Shown: in pieces, positions 50,295-63,024 of the stretch
How positions within the stretch are numbered: the stretch's first letter is position 1
How the letters are laid out: every line of letters begins with the position of its first letter
DNA from: Neodothiora populina
Taxonomy: Eukaryota
Reading direction: 5' to 3'
Assembly (NCBI RefSeq): GCF_041146345.1
Contig: NW_027191402.1
Coordinates: forward strand, 992,001 to 1,056,000
DNA length: 64,000 bases
Notes under the pieces: model-generated
Told to the model about the DNA's origin: nothing
The model's database searches: none
Seen by the model: only the letters and a program-made list of their open reading frames with translations
Position numbers and translations under genes: made by a program

Positions 50295-50610
50295 ACTACC
50301 CTGGACTGTGATTCGGTCTAGTTCTATGGTCGGATGCTCTTGGAATCTTAGGTTCACGATGGATTGTGAATCACCACATTCCTGCATTTGACATTCACTA
50401 GTATCGCACCGACAGCCGGACATGCTGTCCGGGTCATGTGGGCCTGCATGGGCCTGCATAAGCCAAAGGAGATGCTAAGCAATGATGCTACGGCTCGGTT
50501 TGTCCATTATCGCTTATCATATCTTGACTATGGATGGGTAGGAAACCTGTGCCATCTTGACAACGAGGTGAGCAGTAGGTAAGGTTGTTTCTATACGCCA
50601 ATTCATTCCT

Positions 50611-52176
50611 TTATGGAGTTCCGCAATAGCGCTCCTCCACCCACCTCAGCTCTTTATGTCCGTCCGAATCATCGACGACACGAACAACAACCACCCGTAT
50701 CTCAGGGTAGATAGTCATCAACCTGTTCAAGCCTGATCGGCCAGCCATGTATGTGACAAAAACAATCTTCTTTTCTTCGATCCCATGGTCTAGCAGAACC
50801 CTGACCGCCATCAGTGCAGCACCACCACTGCTCATCTGCGGGTCTAATAAGAGGACCCGGTTGTGGTTCTCTACGCCAGAAGCAAACTTGTAGTAATGAA
50901 GTTCTGGCTCTCCCGTACGATAAGATGTCTGGATCAATAACCGGCCTGTCCGGCAGTCCGGAATTACACGCCTCAGGCCTGTTTCCAGGACCGATCCTCC
51001 GCGTAGTATCACGACAGCGCTGACTTCACCATTGAGTCTCAAGCCTTTATAAGCATTATCTTGTGGCGTGCGTACGTCGCAAGGATCGAATTTACAGCAA
51101 TCAGTGGCACTGGCGAGGCCGTTAGTTTGCGATGTAATTGCACAAGCAAAGTGAACTTACTGTTCCATGAGTAACGATGCAAGTCGGTCAAAGTAAAAGA
51201 TAAAGTCCTCTCGCGAGGTCCGTGAATCCATGAGAATGGTGTTGATTCCGCGTATTTGCGGCGTGCCATCCAAGATGGTGACATTTTTGGATAGAGGTGC
51301 CTCTGCAGTGGCTTGACCCAGGCGTGTGAGGTCAGCTTGATGTTGTTTCGATTTGGCACCCAGCGTTTTGATGATGCGATCTGAGACCATGCTTATAGCC
51401 ACTCGATTTTCTATTCCGCGAGGCACGATGATGTCTGGAGTTCGTTAGTACCCAAAGTCAAGAGAATACAGGGTAATCTTACCTGCTACATTGCGCTGAG
51501 GCTCAACATATAAATGAAAATTGGGCTTGACGAATTTGAACCATTGCTTGATGCAACCCTCAATGTCACGACCTCGCTCTCGCACATCTCTCACGACTAT
51601 AAGATAATTCAGTACTGACTAAACAATATTCGAGGAAGATTAGTCTTACGTCTTCGAGAGAGGCAGAGATCTGCATCGGCTTCACAGAATATCTTCAGAT
51701 CAAGAACATCCAGCACTCGTTGATCGTGGAGTGCAAAGATACCCTCCAGGATCAGAACATGAGGCGAGTAGATTGTTGTCGTCTTGTCGAGCCTTGCATG
51801 TTTTTCAAAAGAATATACTGGAATGTTGGCCTTTTTTCTTCACAACAGTCAGCTGTATCATCCCACGGCAAATATAATAAAAAACCAACCCCTGTTTTAT
51901 GTCTTGTAGCACTTGAACAAGTACGTCAAAATCAATAGCTTCTGGGGAATCGAAATCATAGTTGTTATTGAAGGCTCGAGCCGATTGTTCGGGTGTAAGT
52001 GGTCGGTAGAATGAATCCATCGATAGAATGACTACCCATGGTAGACTGAGTTCATTGATGATCGCATGAGCCAATGAAGTCTTTCCCGAGCCTGAACTGC
52101 CAGCCACGCCAATTATACTAGTATTAGCCCACGGGGGAGAGTAATGCATCTTTTCAATGTTATCGTTGGTAGCCAT
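50611..52176 (-). CDS. URK1: Uridine kinase with a C-terminal UPRTase-like domain
   Basis: [56 protein letters not shown] and [15 protein letters not shown]. Confidence 0.93.
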
Positions 52177-52528
52177 TGCAGACTAAAGACAATCCAGCTA
52201 TTCAAACCAAACCTCGCGCATCTGTGTTCTTTTATAATCCGAGTCCAAGCGTGTCAAGATAAGATATGAGAGATATAGTAGATCGCCTACGAGCCAAGCG
52301 GAGGATGAGACTATCAAAGCGGGTCGCATCACGTGTAATCGCGGTCCAAGCTTTGCCGGTCGGCTTTTCCTGCACGTCAAAAGTCTGCCGACCTTCCTGA
52401 CGACTTCTCTTCTCCGACATCATTACTGCAGCTTCAAGACTACTCGACATTGTGCGATTGAATAGCTTCATCAAATTGTCTATCATCCAACCTGATGGAC
52501 CTCAGGAGATAGGATCTCATCTTCAACA

Positions 52529-53700
52529 ATGGTGCGTCGTCAACTACCGTCATGGTGACATCTGTGGCCTAACAACATCTGCAGAGCACTTCTACAATTT
52601 CCCCTCCCGCATCCACACGGCATCCTTTCGAACGTCGTGTGGATGAGGTGAAACCGTCAAAAACGTAAGTCAGTCGTCCTTGCGAACTTCCTTCTCGAAT
52701 GATGTGTATACAATTAAGTTGGGAATCTCTCCTAAATATAATGCGGAGAACTACAGTAACTTATCTTTCTGATCACCGAGTCACAAATATTCTTTTACAA
52801 GCACAGGATCCAACATATGCAAGAAGCTTACAATTTGTTGACAGGGACATAAATTTCGTGATCATGGACTATCTAATCAATGAGGGCTACCCATCAGCAG
52901 CCCAGAAGTTTGCAAAAGAAGCGAATATTGTACCATCTTCCGATTGCGAGTCAATCCAAGAAAGGGTCGATATCCGCAATGCAATCATCGCCGGCAATAT
53001 TCAACCGGCTATTGAGAAGATTAACGAGCTCAATCCTCAGGTACGCGCTTTTTGTTTTACTTTTTTCCTTCTTGCCGAGATGATATCGTTTCATGCACCA
53101 CGCAGAGACCTACGGGTATTGCTGAGAAAACCACAACATACTTCAGTCCTCAGTCTGAGCTTTTTTCCCTCGATTCACACAATTATGTCGTCGTTTGTAG
53201 TCATAAGCAACTAACATTGGAGGCATCAGATTTTAGATACCGATCCCAATCTTCATTTTTCTCTTCTTCGCTTGCAACTAATAGAGCTTATACGTGGCAT
53301 TGTGAGCGCTCCCGGTCCGCCATCAACTAGCGCTTTTACCCCGGCTCTTGAATTTGCTACTGCTCAACTTGCACCCCGTGCGCCGACGTCGCCTTTATTT
53401 CAGAAAGACCTTGAGCAAACGATGGCGCTCTTGATATTCCCACCTGAGCGCCTCACCCCTCAACTTAAAGCGCTGTTGGACCCTGCTTTGCGTCAGACAG
53501 TTGCGACATCCGTGAACGAATCTATATTGTCGTCTCAAGGAGAACGCAGGGAAGCTCGTATACGCAACCTGGTCCGGCTACGCGCATGGGCTGAGCAAAA
53601 GGCCCGTGAAGCGCGTTTGACCCTGCCTGCAAGGATAAGTCTTGGTCTGGGCGATGACATGGACTACACTTCGTCAAATGGTGATGCCATGGTCACTTGA
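52529..53700 (+). CDS. GID8: GID/CTLH complex subunit (LisH-CTLH-CRA), 4 exons with an ATG-only first exon
   Basis: DINFVIMDYLINEGYPSAAQKF (LisH), IRNAI..GNIQPAIEKINELNPQIL, LHFSLLRLQLIELIR and LEQTMALLIF; introns 52532-52584, 52665-52844 and 53041-53229. Confidence 0.9.
52694..52780 (+). ncRNA. Intronic box C/D snoRNA (candidate guide for LSU Am2326, yeast numbering)
   Basis: C-like ATGATGT 52699, guide TGGGAATCTC 52720-52729, D' CCTA, C' ATGCGGA, D CTGA 52769, and a short CTCG/CGAG terminal stem, inside a long (180 nt) intron. Confidence 0.75.
53075..53161 (+). ncRNA. Intronic box C/D snoRNA (snR40/U32-like 18S Gm1271 guide plus a second guide)
   Basis: C-like ATGATAT 53080, guide CATGCACCAC 53092-53101, D' CAGA, C' TGCTGA, guide ACTTCAGTCCTCAG 53140-53153, D CTGA 53155, inside a 189 nt intron. 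Confidence 0.8.
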
Positions 53701-53777
53701 TGTTTGATAATGATGATTGTGTGAATTTAGCGTTGGCGTTATTGGTTGTTTTACAATACAAGTGTACTTTTTTTATT

Positions 53778-54931
53778 TCATGCTTTGTGATAACCCGAAT
53801 ACGAATCTGATCGTACCTGCCACTCGCTTTTCACCAGAACACTGATGTTCTGACCCTTGACCAGCTCCGCTTCGCTCTCGGTAGGGCTAATTGGACGATC
53901 ATTTGAGACACTAGCCTGGTTGATACCACCACCAATTTGCTGTTGAACCATGCGTCCATCATTGACTTTTCGTGAGCATTCACCATAGTGGTCCAACTCA
54001 TGGCTGCCTCGAATCGTAGTGAATGTTTTGGTGACGTGAAATGCCCAAACCGTCTTGATGGCCGGCATGTTGGCCGTGACGATGGCGGTCACGAATTCAA
54101 TGGTCGTGACTATGACCACGCGACCGAAAATATAGGTGAAGTCAGGCTTGGTCGCCAGATCATAAAGAACAATCATTCGAAGACCAGAGACCAAGATCGT
54201 ACAGCCGCCGAGGGTCATGACTGTGATCAATTCGAGGCGCTTGCGACGTGTGGCTTGCAGGTGCCAGAGAGGGTAGACTGGTAGTGCGTAAATGATGATG
54301 TCTACAATGACGTTCTACTTATGGTTAGTATGTGTGTTGAAAGAAGTAGATAGGATACGAACCGCTGCAGTAGGAGCGTAATATGAGATTCCCGTCGTCA
54401 AACATTTCGCACCGGGATAACGTTCTGGATGTAGATATGCTCCTATAGGACGGCATTGCAAGCCGTAAAAGATCCAGGTGCCGACGACTTGAACGACGAC
54501 GAGTCCCATGACTGTGAAGATGGCATAGCGAAAGGTTGTCATGCCGAGGAATCGGAGATAGAAGAGCAGAAAAGAAAACTTGATGAGGAGTTGGACCCAG
54601 AGATAGTAGAATTCTTCGGCGAACAGATACTGTGACAAAGTCAGATAGACTGACGTGACGGCTAACAAAAACTTACTGTTCGTAATGTCAAGTAGTCTGC
54701 ATCGGACACCTGAGATAAATGTCTCCCAGCGCCATACCGAACCCAGCAGTATGTGATCGCTTGCTGTCCTACCCAGAAAATAAAAGCAGCGACCATCGCC
54801 CAATCATCTGCGCCGAATGATTTTGCAATATAGACTCGAGAATACACACGCAAAACAAAGGAAAGTGTGCATATGATAACAAATGGAATAGTGATGCCTA
54901 TGGATAGGCCAACAATGTCGTCCCAGGCCAT
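53778..54931 (-). CDS. PTH11-like integral membrane protein (fungal rhodopsin domain, no CFEM), 3 exons
   Basis: LRVYSR..FGADDW, YGAGRH, IKFSFLLFYLR, QCRPI, N(V)IVD..IYALP and AIVTANMP. Confidence 0.88.
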
Positions 54932-55759
54932 GGCTGAGAAAAAGGCGAGATACTCACCCCCTTGACGGACCAGAGGGACATGTCGAGATACATACTTATA
55001 TCACTACTACTCACGAGACAAGAGGTCATAGGCGATCAACCGAAGCCCTATTTTCTCTCAATAACAACCTCGCGTACCTCGTGTGGGGAAAGTAGTTACT
55101 TGTTGAGGAGGATTTCTTACTGAATCACCTCCCTAGTCTAGTACCTTTACTCGATCATTGCTTGTCGCTCATGACTTCTTTCAGGTATGCCGACGGGCGG
55201 ATCCACTGGAGAGTGAGTTTGATCATAAAGCTGGCCGTGGATCATGGGTTCAGGAACGGTCAATTTGACACACCAGCTCCAATATGGGTGGACCATGCAC
55301 AAGTCGAGCAGGCCTAACGACTCGCGATTGTTGAAAGGCTGGATCTTTGGAATCGGATCGTGGCCATGACATGTGTAGACCCGATGCTATTGAAACGGGA
55401 GTCATGAATCGTGTCAGACTCGTCGTTTTGTATAGCTCGGAAAAACCCTGATATACCCGCCTCTTTCTGCCAAGATGATTTTCGTAGCATGACTCCTGGA
55501 ACGCTGGCCCATGTACTTACTCGCTCGCGTTAACCCCTGGCGTATAAATATATATTGCATTTTGCACGCCGACGGCATTCATACCGACTGACACGATCTT
55601 CACGCGAAATCGCCTGATTTGTACATGGCGTGCGTAGGATTAATAGCGTAGCACCTCGCAATTAGGAAAGAAGACAATACCTTTGCTCGAAGTCCCCTGT
55701 ACTATAGTGAATGCTGTAGACTTTTTCTTTCTCGTCATACATCCAAGAGTCGTGTCGCA

Positions 55760-57202
55760 ATGGGCCACGAGGAGATCATAGCAGTGCACCCTTCAGGATG
55801 GCAAGACGAGCTTCCTGAGCAAATCATCGAGTTGAGCGCGTTTGATCATGTGATGCCCAAGATATATGTCTTGATGGTTCTCGCATTCGAGTTGCCAGAT
55901 GGTCTCTCTCCGGATGAAATAGTGGAGAACTTTCAAGAAGGACTCGAGGTTACCTTGGCTTGCTTTCCGGTTCTAGCTGGAACACTCCAGTCGAAAGAAG
56001 ACAACACTCTTTGGGTCTTGCGAAAGAAGGAGCAGACTGTTCAGTTGGTGGTCAACCATATCGATGGTGCAGATGACGATTTTCCGACTTATCATGAGCT
56101 GGAACGACGTGATTTTCCAGCTGCACTGCTCGATGGTCCCAAACTGATACCAAAGGCCGCCACCGAGGTACAACTATTTCGTGGAGACAATGCAGACAAG
56201 GACATATTCATCTCTGCCTTTCAACTGAACTTTATCAAAGGGGGCCTGATCCTGGGCATTGCTGTTCATCACAACGTTACCGATGGTCCAGGATGCGACG
56301 GATTTCTGTCTACATGGGCAGAAAACTCAAGAGCCTTTGCTAACGACACTCCTTTGCCATCTTTCGACCCTTTATATCTTGATAGATCAAGACTCAATCC
56401 AAAAACTGTCCCAGACTCAGCAAGAATGAAAGTACTGCAGAGTAAGCTCACATCGCTGAAACATGTGAAGGAGCCTCCCGGTCCACCTCCGGCGGATTTT
56501 AAGATGCCGGAGTTTGTTCCAATGATGTGGCATTTCTCGACGAGCAACGCCAAGAAGCTGAAAGAAGCTTGCCAGCCGGTGGGAGGATCTTCGTGGGTGT
56601 CGACCTATGATTGCATTATGGGTCTTTTATGGAAGAGCACAACGAAAGCCAAACTGCCTTTGTTGAAGCCAGACATGACATCCAAGAGCGTGCTGATGCA
56701 CGCAGTGAACAATCGGCAGATGCTCGATCCTCCCTTACCGGAACGCTTCTTGGGAAATGCTGTAAGTCTGGCCAGCACCAAAGGTCAGTCCATTCAGGCA
56801 GTCATCGACATGAGCCTGCCTGAAGCAGCAGCACTTGTTCGAGAGTCTATTACCAAAATCACTCCCGAGAGCGTTGGTGAAGTTGCTGAGTGGGTTGCCG
56901 GAACTCCTGACAAGGCCTGGATTGGCATGGATTTGAATGCATTTCTAGGCACCGATCTTGCAGGAACATCATGGACGAAGATGACAACATACACTTCTCA
57001 CGACTTTGGTTTTGGTCCTCCCACGGCTGTCCGCTGGCCCAAGCCTGATTGGGAGGGCTATGTGTTTGTCTTTCCCCGTCGCATCAAGGTTGATGACCCG
57101 GAAGAAGGGTTTGAGTGTTGCGTCTGCCTTGAGCGTGGCAGTCAGGAAAGATTGATGAAAGATGAACTACTTACCACATTTGCGTCGCCACGCGGACTTT
57201 AA
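55760..57202 (+). CDS. BAHD/Tri101-like CoA-dependent acyltransferase
   Basis: LSAFDHVMPKIY, FPVLAG, QLNFIKGGLIL, HHNVTDG (HxxxD), LGNAV and DFGFGPPTAVR; intronless. Confidence 0.9.
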   Translation: MGHEEIIAVHPSGWQDELPEQIIELSAFDHVMPKIYVLMVLAFELPDGLSPDEIVENFQEGLEVTLACFPVLAGTLQSKEDNTLWVLRKKEQTVQLVVNHIDGADDDFPTYHELERRDFPAALLDGPKLIPKAATEVQLFRGDNADKDIFISAFQLNFIKGGLILGIAVHHNVTDGPGCDGFLSTWAENSRAFANDTPLPSFDPLYLDRSRLNPKTVPDSARMKVLQSKLTSLKHVKEPPGPPPADFKMPEFVPMMWHFSTSNAKKLKEACQPVGGSSWVSTYDCIMGLLWKSTTKAKLPLLKPDMTSKSVLMHAVNNRQMLDPPLPERFLGNAVSLASTKGQSIQAVIDMSLPEAAALVRESITKITPESVGEVAEWVAGTPDKAWIGMDLNAFLGTDLAGTSWTKMTTYTSHDFGFGPPTAVRWPKPDWEGYVFVFPRRIKVDDPEEGFECCVCLERGSQERLMKDELLTTFASPRGL

Positions 57203-57694
57203 CATGAGATCCAACACGTCGCTCGGCGCAAGAAGTCGAAGGATTGTGACCACAGGTCAGTAGATAGCAACATGAGATGATGTTTCCAAGCTCTGCCGTC
57301 CCCGTTCAAAAGCGCCTGTGATTCCCTTGTAGAGTAAGCGATCATCTTTTCTTTTTCCCGCCTGTGATCCGAACATGGACATTACAGGCTCAATTCCCCG
57401 CTTCGCCGATCTTTGGCCATATCTGTTCAGTCATCATTTGATGACGAGGCCGCGGAATATTGATGCTTCAACTGGAGAAACATTCTACCCCGCATGTCCT
57501 TCCCCACGAATTGTCCATCACATCAAGTCTGCTATAACCTAATTGGGTACCACTTAATTATACATGTACTACTCCTCGATGTGTTGCGCCACGCGGAAGA
57601 TAGGGCCGAGTTCGATATATGTTGCTACTACTTCCCATCGCACGATGTCTGCCATGTGCTTGCCCACACTTCTTGTCGTGCTACAGCTTGAATC

Positions 57695-59650
57695 ATGTTA
57701 AAAGTCACACTACAACTTGTTCGGACGAGGGCGATCTCTGCGAGTGGCCATTGCTGTGGGATGTCAAGTAAGGGATCATGAGATAACAGAATACAAAAAC
57801 ATAGCTGACAATTACAGCTCGCGTTCATCCTGTTTGGCTGTATGTCACTTTTCAGAAACCCCAATCTGAAATATCGCTAACAGAAATCTAGATGATCAAG
57901 GCGTATTCTCTGGAATTGTCGGCAATGCTGATTGGCTCGACACTTTCAATCACCCCGGTAGTGGACTCGAGGGAATCATCGTCTCCATCTACAATCTTGT
58001 TAGTTATCAATATAGGCTTGAAGTGTATATGAACTGATAAGTTTTCGCCAGGGTGCGTTTACGGGATGCATTCTTGCCTTTCTCGGCGGAGAGAAGGCCG
58101 GTAGACGTCGATCCATGTGGATAGCGATGGTTTTTATTGTCAGTATATGCAATCGCATGATGATTACTTCCGCTAACAGAATTACAGATCATCGGGGCAA
58201 TTCTACAGACCACATCGTATGGAGTTCCCCAGATCATGGTGGCTCGCTACATCACCGGAATTGGTACCGGTATCGAGGCAAGTCTTTTTCGAATCACTTA
58301 TGCCCAACACATGGCTAATATGCGAAAAGACGTCGACCGTTCCTATGTATCAATCTGAACTTTGCGAAGCCAGCCACCGTGGAAGACTAGTATCGAGCGA
58401 ACCGTTATTTGTTGGAGTCGGTATCGTAATCGCATACTTTTTCGATTATGGGCTGTCATTTGCTGGAGGTGAGTTTGCCTGTCACTTATCAAGATCAATC
58501 TAACATTGATCAGGGCCTCTTGCATGGCGACTACCCATAGCCTGTCAAATCATTTTCGCTTTCTTTGTCGTCGGCATTGTTTTCGGTCTACCTGAAAGCC
58601 CGCGTTACCTCTACAAAGAAGGACGTAACGAAGAAGCCCTTAACGTACTTTGCGATGTCTACGACTGCGCCCCGCATGCTCCGAAGATCGTCAAGGAACA
58701 AAACGATGTACTCGAGGCACTTCGTATGGAGCGTATACATGGCGAGTACAAGTGGAGCCAGTTGTTTAAGCGAGACGATGTTCAAACCGGAAGAAGAATC
58801 CTTCTCGCATACGGCATGCAATTCATGAATCAGGTCGGCGGTATCAACCTAGTCGTGTACTACGTACCGTCTGCGTTGGAGTTTAATGCCGGTCTCAGTC
58901 ATAACTTGTCGTTGCTCATCGGAGGATTCGTTCAAACCATGTTTTTCTTCGGTTCGCTTATTCCTACATTCTTACTGGACAAGTTAGGCAGAAGAAGACC
59001 GATGATGTGGGGAAGTGCCGGACTGGCTCTTTCGATGATGTTGATCGCGGTACTACTCAGCTTTACACAAGCCCGCGGCTACTCTGAATCGTTAACTCAG
59101 AGTACCTCTTCTGCTAGTGTTGCGTTTTTCTTCACGGTATGTTTCGTACTCGAATATTTACGAGGAATCAAACTGACACGAATTAGTACATGTTCATCTT
59201 TGGTGCATCTGTCAATTGCATTCCCTGGGTATATGTGCCTGAGATTCTCCCTCTTCATGCAAGAGCCAAAGGGTCAGCTATTGCGACCTCTTCGAATTGG
59301 CTATGGGTAAGCATCTTCGTCCTAAACCCACAATCATGTCGCTAACCACTCAAAAGAATTTCGTTATTGTTATGATCACTCCGACCATCTTGAACAAATT
59401 ACAGTGGCAAGCATATCTCATCTTCATGTGCACAAACTTGGCTTTCGTACCTCTGGTGTTTTTCTGCTACCCAGAAACGGCCAATTTGACGTTGGAAGAA
59501 GTCGATTATTTATTCGTAAAGGAAGGACACAAAGGTGCCAATAAATTGATGCATCGTGCAAAGCCAGTTCACGCGAGTCTGAAGGACGATGTCGAAAAAG
59601 GTGCAGAGGCCATGCACTTAGAGCATGCTAGCGACGAGACCAAAGTGTGA
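57695..59650 (+). CDS. MFS sugar porter (Stl1-like), multi-exon; apparent +1 frameshift just after the ATG (possible pseudogene)
   Basis: FGYDQGVFSG, GRRR, ETSTVPMYQSE, AWRLP, LPESPR, QFMNQVGGIN, GRRRP, PWVYVPEILP and YPETANLTLEEVD. Confidence 0.85.
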
Positions 59651-59914
59651 GAAGTAGTATAAATTAAATGATCAACATTTACAAAAAGAACAAGAAGACA
59701 ATCTATATATCCAGACTAGAAGTGAAAGATAAAAAGCGTCTGGGATTGCGTCCCCACGAATACATATTCGAGGAGATAGAGCATCTTGAACAAGGAAATG
59801 AAAAGAAAGTGACTTGTCTCGGAGATCATATAGCCCCATCCCTATCCTCCCATGTTCCACCTGGATCATTTGCACTTGACATTAAAAACCAGTCGATTCT
59901 CGTTTTTAAGTCGC

Positions 59915-61112
59915 TTACTGAGCAAGCTTGCCCATACCAGCGTTGGCGGTGACGTGAGAGGCCACGGTGGAGGCAGCAGCAGCGGAGGCGATGGTGTAAC
60001 CCTTGAAGTCAACAAGGAAGTTGGTCTGGGCAGAGCTGAAAGCGCCAGAGCTGCCGAAGGCGTTCATGACACAAGAGCGGCCGAGAGAAGCCTGGCAAGC
60101 GGTTCCGGAAGAAGTTGAAGGGACGGTGAAGAGCTGGCCTGCGCTGCCGGTCTCGACGGGAGCGACGACGTTCTGGAAAACGTTGCCCTCGGCGAGGATG
60201 TAGGCACCGGAACCGACCTCGAAAGCGTGACCGCTGTTGTCGTACCAGTAGTTGTTGACGGCGTGGAGGACGGTGTTGCCGCCGACCTTGGGGGAACGTC
60301 CAGAGGTGTAGTAGATGTAGTTGTTCTTGAGGGTGATGAGATCGTTGGACCCATCAAAGTAAAGAGCCCAGTAAGTGTGCTGGTCGCAGGTGGCCTTGTA
60401 ATTGTTAGTGTCATTTCTCGCTTTTGTCAATTTCAAAACTTACAGAGTAGGTGGTGACACCGTTGATGTAGTTGTTAGTGATGGAGACACGTCCACTGCC
60501 CAAGGTTCCAAGGACAATGTGCTGGCGACCGATGAGAGAGGTGGTGACGTGGTCAATCCAGACGTTGTCAGAGTCGTTGATGGTGATGGCATCACCACCC
60601 CAGACGTAGTGAGGGTTGATGTTGGTAATCTCAATGTTCTGGATGATGATGTTCTTGGCGCCGCTGACGATACGGAGACCCTTGCCCTTGATCACACCCT
60701 TGCTGCCCTGTCCGATGAGGGACTTGTTGGACTTGATGGTGATACCGAGAACACCTGCCTGGTAGTAAGAGGCGGAGGTCTTGGGAGCGCTGGGCTCGTA
60801 GTTCTCGCACCAGCTGTCCTGGTCGATGGCGACCTGGCAGCCAGAGCCAGTTCCCCAGGGCAGACAGCCACTGCCGGACTTGGTGCCTTCGGAGGAGGTG
60901 AAGTCGAAAGTCTTGGTCAAGACAATGACACGGGCGCTGCTATCACCGAGGTATGAGACCAGCTCATCGTTGGTGGTAGGGTAGACTGGGGAGGCGCTGC
61001 CACCACCAGTGGTACCAGCGGCGAAACCCTCAGGCTTGCCGACAACGCCAATAGCGGCGACGGTGTTCGCCATTGCGGCGAGGGTGGCCGTAGCCAAAGC
61101 AAGGTACTTCAT
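59915..61112 (-). CDS. Secreted pectin lyase (PL1), 2 exons
   Basis: Signal peptide, [36 protein letters not shown] and SGRSPK. Confidence 0.95.
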
Positions 61113-62252
61113 ATTGAAAGGAAAGAAGAGAACGAATGGAGGTGAGATAGTTAGAAGGAGAGTGATGATTTTTTTCTTCTCTGACAGCTACAGACCTGAG
61201 ACTATATACTCGTTTCTGGGAGACGTCGGTTAGCATCTCACAGTAACATAGACCACCTATCTCAATAGTATGGTGGTGGGTGACCGATGCGACCACTACG
61301 GTACGGCACAGGGGCCATTCACCCATCGCTTGTGTGTTTCATGTTGGCTATGCGCTGCGGATAGCACTACAACCCAAAGTTGCTTCAGCCACCAAGGGTG
61401 GGTTTGATATGTCAAAGTGTGGAAGTTTCCATCATTCCAGGCCTTTGCTGGCAACGCGTGCCGCATTACCGCCACCACGGGCGGCCACCACGAGGTTTAT
61501 GTTGACATGGTCGCGTAGTGGTCACTGCTCGTGAGTTAAAGCTAAAGAAAGTAGGAGTATAGCTACTATGAGGCACTGTATCTGCGACGTGGCCAAGACG
61601 GGAAGAACGTCCGTCTAGAGGAAATCATCCAACCGCAATATGGTTGGCGTTGTCCACTCGCATCGAGGACAAGACCTATAGTGTATTGCAAACAAGCGGT
61701 TCATCCTGGAGGCAATTCCATTGCATTTCTTGTGAGTAATCCGTGGATCATGTGTAATTTCGCCATCTACCATGGTGCGGATCCATTCTTCGCCGCAAAG
61801 TCTGCCCGAGGGTTTCGGACAGCTTCGCCGATCGATTAGTCGGTTGTAGTGGGTCTGGCACCGACCTCTAGTCAGAACGTCGCTTCGGCCGTCTCACAAT
61901 CTTGAGTGTGCCAACAATGCAATATGCATAAAAGACTAGTAAATGTGTAATCCAGAGACTTGCCTATTGCGTCAAAGTAGACACCACACTCTTTTTTTTA
62001 TATTACCATAAGTGAGCCCATTCGCGGTGGGTGAACTGCATCTAGATCTTTTATTGCGATGTATCCTTCTATAGTAATATACGATGAACCGAGATGAATG
62101 TGGTATCACAAGTAGCATGCCGTAGAACCATACAACCAAGAATAATGCTTAGCTTGCAGCTGCTAGAAAAGCATGGCGGATAAAGCGCAAAACGATAACC
62201 CCGCGCAATCCCCTCTATTACTCTAGAAGCACTCTGTCCTCAACATCAACAC

Positions 62253-63024
62253 ATGACATCTATCAATATGGCCCCAAATAACGCCGAACTCTCGTTGATT
62301 GCCCCTGTTGTGAAAGCACCCTTCGTTTGCAGACCGGCTGATCAGAGCGATGTCAAGGCTCTAGCTTCAGTTTTCTTCGATAGTTTCAATGCTCCCTTCT
62401 TCAAATATGCTATGCCTGACACGCCCAGAACCAGAGAGTGGTGGGAAAAGGCTTGGCTGATGGGTATCAAAGACGACCCTACCGCTCGCACTTTTATAGT
62501 GTTCGACTCCTCCACGAAAGATGAAGTTCGGCACGAGGGAAAACCCGTGGCTTTTTGCAGATGGATTGTGCCGCAGTCTGATGGCAATCTTGATCGCTTG
62601 TGGCCGGATCTGCTAGAAGACGAATGGGACATGGGGGTCATGGGCTCATTTTTCCACGGCATGGACGAGAACCGAGCAAAACTCATGGGCAAGCGCCCGC
62701 ACTGGAGTAAGCCATGCTATATCTCTTGCGTACTTTTATCTGTCTGTATGCGAACTGCGCTTACTTGGTCATTCAGTGCTTGAGATGCTCGGAACTCACG
62801 AAGATTACCAAAGGCACGGTCTCGGCAGTGCCCTTGTTAAGTGGGGCTGCGATCTCGCGGATCAGGACGGCTTGGAGGTGTATCTTGACGCAAGTGAAAG
62901 AGGCGCCCCCGTATACCAAAAACATTTCGCTTTCGAAAGTAGAATGCAGATAAACATTCCCGACAGACCAGCTTATGGTAGTTTTGTCTATCTAAGTCAC
63001 GTCAGGCCCCATCAGTCGGTATGA
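62253..63024 (+). CDS. GNAT-family N-acetyltransferase, 2 exons
   Basis: VAFCRW, LGTHEDYQRHGLGSALVKWG (motif A) and YLDASERGAPVYQK. Confidence 0.9.

Noticed and set aside
40000..50400. Possible Starship or other giant mobile element carrying the accessory cluster
   Set aside because: No tyrosine-recombinase captain or other Starship-associated gene is recognisable in the window.
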